64,000 bases of DNA from assembly GCA_964016885.1 (NCBI GenBank), contig OZ024755.1:3100001-3164000 (forward strand), in the 5' to 3' direction. Shown piece by piece: positions 61,339-64,000 of this stretch. Source of the stretch: Eledone cirrhosa (Eukaryota). Made by a program: the position numbers and the translations under genes. Each line of letters begins with the position of its first letter. Position 1 is the first letter of the stretch. The notes under the pieces were generated by a model that was not told where the DNA came from, ran no database searches, and saw only the letters and a list, made by a program, of their open reading frames with translations.

Positions 61339-61874
61339 TAGTATATTACTGGTACTTTTTATCGACTCCCCACGGGATGATTTTGGGGGGGGGGGGGGTT
61401 GATGTCGATGACGTAACCGATCCCCACCCCCATCCCTGATAACCTGGTTAGCAGGGTTGCTAAAAACCTGTCAAAATGATGCATGAACCCAATATAGGGC
61501 CAATGACTAAATAGGGGACACAGATACTCTGCCGTTGGTGAACGGGTGTGTTGTAAAACTACTTAGGGAGTGATGGACCTTTAGTTCTTGTCTGAACATC
61601 TAAAAAACTGGTAGATTGAGCTCCTTAGGGACCCGGTTAACGAATGATAGATAGTTCTGTCTGACGAGGGAACCTTGCACAAATCTAGATAAAAAGCAAG
61701 AAAGAGAGACAGACAGCTGATAAAATGACAAGTCATTCAATCATATTGGTGGCCTCCCCACAGCATCGGTGGACAGAATACTTGAGGACGGGAAATACGG
61801 TATACACACACGCAATGGTAAACGGTTTTTTACATACACACACACACATGTGTATCAGACAATATCTAGAATAG

Positions 61875-62172
61875 GGAGGTACGTGGCTCTCGGGGATTAG
61901 GGTTTCGGGAGTTCGATTCCCAGCGCTGCGGTATGTCTTTGAAAAACGCACTTTATTTCACATTACTCCATGTCACTCAGCTGGCACAAATGAGTTGTGA
62001 CATTAATTCAAATGACCAGCTTTGTCACACCACTGTATCACGTTGAATTTCCTTAATAGTGTGCACGTGTCTATGATATTCTCAGCTACGTTTACACGGT
62101 AATTTCATGAAAGGGCTGTTCCCTTTTTTTTTCGAACAACTAGAAGACTCCTCGCCATAACCGACGAAGGTC
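61875..62172 (+). mobile_element. Group B (CORE-like) SINE, near full length, diverged
   Basis: B-box GTTCGATTCCC, CACTTTATTTCACATTACTCCA...CACTCAGC, 3' end AACCGACG. Confidence 0.75.
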
Positions 62173-62559
62173 CAGCAGATACACATCTACAATAAATTAC
62201 TTGGTAATGTATATAATAAAAATAGCATCATGCGATCCCTTGTTCGTTTGTGGAAGGAATAGGGGTTAATTTTAACTTCTTTTTTTTTTCAACTTGTATC
62301 TTTGTTCTCCCCTTCTACAGATGTCACCACCAGATGGAGCTAACTCTCGAAGGGGGAACAAATTCTGATATATATTCAGTTCGGCACCCTGACATATCCT
62401 GATTAGGGGCTTACTTAAATTTCTAAAACACAAGATCTCGGCTGCTCCCTTACACAGATTTTCTTTTGATTTATTTATTCATTTGTTGTTGTTTTATTAT
62501 CACCTAGCTTCGTCTTCTTCATTTCCTTATTTTTCTTCTTCGTATCTTTCTTTCCTTCT

Positions 62560-62680
62560 CTTTCTTCTTCGTCGTCGTCTTCGCTTTCTTCTTCTTCTTC
62601 TTCTTCTTCTTCTTCTTCGTCTTCGCTTTCTTCTTCTTCTTCTTCTTCGCCTTCTTCACCTTCTTCTTATTATTATTATC
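62560..62680. repeat. (CTT)n microsatellite
   Basis: Direct reading. Confidence 0.93.
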
Positions 62681-62972
62681 CTTTAAGAGAAAAGTGAAAC
62701 AAGTCAGATAAACCGGGTGGAGGGGGTATAACGAAGCAGATAAAAGACTAGCTAGGGATACTTTTTTTTCCTTCCTACAGATCCCTAAAATCACTTCACG
62801 CATGACGTATGTAGCCATATTGTGTTTAGGGGTGCTGGGGGTAGGTACGTATGTTTGTGTGTGTTTGTGTGTGCGCACGCATATGTGTAACTCTGTGTGT
62901 GTGTCTGTCTGTATACCCATGTGTGTGTACCTGTGTGTGTGTACCTGTGTGTCTGTGTACTTGTGTGTGTGT

Positions 62973-63035
<63 letters not shown>

Positions 63036-63696
63036 GTGGAGCAAGGATTTTACATTTATACATATTCTAATATATTTATTTTCAGTTAAAAAAGGGATCT
63101 GAGTAAGGGTGGATGTTTCCCCTTATTTCTGTAGTTGGTGGGGAGTGGGAGGTCGGGTGGAGTGAGGGTGGAGGTGGAGTGGAGGTCGGGTGGAGTGAGG
63201 GTAAAGGAACGTTTTAAACTTTCGTTTCATCTTCTCAGGAATATAAAATAAAATAAAATATTAAAAAAACTGATCTGTTATTAAAAGGAAAATGTAGAAG
63301 CGGGTACATGTCTGGGTGGTGGGGGTGTGGTGGTGGGAGTGAGGGGAAAGGGGGTGCTGTGTAGGGTGGGTGGCATTAGATGAAGAGGTGAGGGATGAAA
63401 GGGAAGCATGAGATAGGGAGAGGCGTCGCTATGATGTAACCTTCCCTGGCTGCTACACCCGCTATTTCGTTCCCCCTACCCACGTCACTTCATTTCCTTT
63501 TTATGTAAGGCAAGAAGAAAGTGGAGATTCCCAAAGAAACCAAGTAGACATCCACCCTCGCCCATCACTACTCTGCTAAAAAAACGTCTGGTACAACTAA
63601 GACTGTTGTTGTTGTGGTGGTGGTGGGGTGGGGGGAGTGTATGACTTGAAAGCTGATTACTTAGGTGAACATGTATGCATGTGTGCTTCTCCGTGC

Positions 63697-63735
<39 letters not shown>

Positions 63736-64000
63736 TGTATGTGTATATATATATATACATATATGTATGTGTATATATATATATACATATATGTATGTGT
63801 GTATATATATATATACATATATGTATGTGTATATATATATATACATATATGTATGTATATATATATATATACATATATGTATGTATATATATATATATAC
63901 ATATATGTATGTATATATATATATGTATGTATATATATATATGTATGTATATATATATATGTATGTATATATATATATGTATGTATATATATATATGTAT
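63697..64000. repeat. (TA)n minisatellite with CATATATGTATG anchor
   Basis: Direct reading. Confidence 0.95.

Overview
Repeat-saturated, AT-rich eukaryotic DNA with no recognisable intact protein-coding gene, tRNA, rRNA or CRISPR array. The SINE families and (TA)n/(CA)n/(ACC)n landscape look like an octopod cephalopod intron or intergenic region (inference from remembered repeat sequences, not a database search). Nearly all long ORFs in the track are microsatellite read-throughs. Supported content: (1) about 20 copies or fragments of two tRNA-headed SINE groups; (2) LINE remnants with recognisable C-terminal peptides (RTE at 48.2 kb, CR1-type at 60.3 kb, L1/Tx1-type at 29.3 kb); (3) three near-identical copies of a ~600-bp non-autonomous RTE derivative that keeps only the 5' leader and a C2H2 zinc finger; (4) Tc1/mariner-type MITEs; (5) many mini- and microsatellites. 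The most notable signal is a set of roughly ten hammerhead-ribozyme-like motifs (CUGANGA...GAAA...NUH) from several short repeat families next to (TA)n. Some have a non-canonical U-U opposition at the base of helix II, and several sit at the tips of 45-56 bp fold-back palindromes, the architecture expected of Penelope-like element pseudo-LTR relics. Hammerheads in Penelope-like elements are established biology; activity and novelty of these variants are untested.
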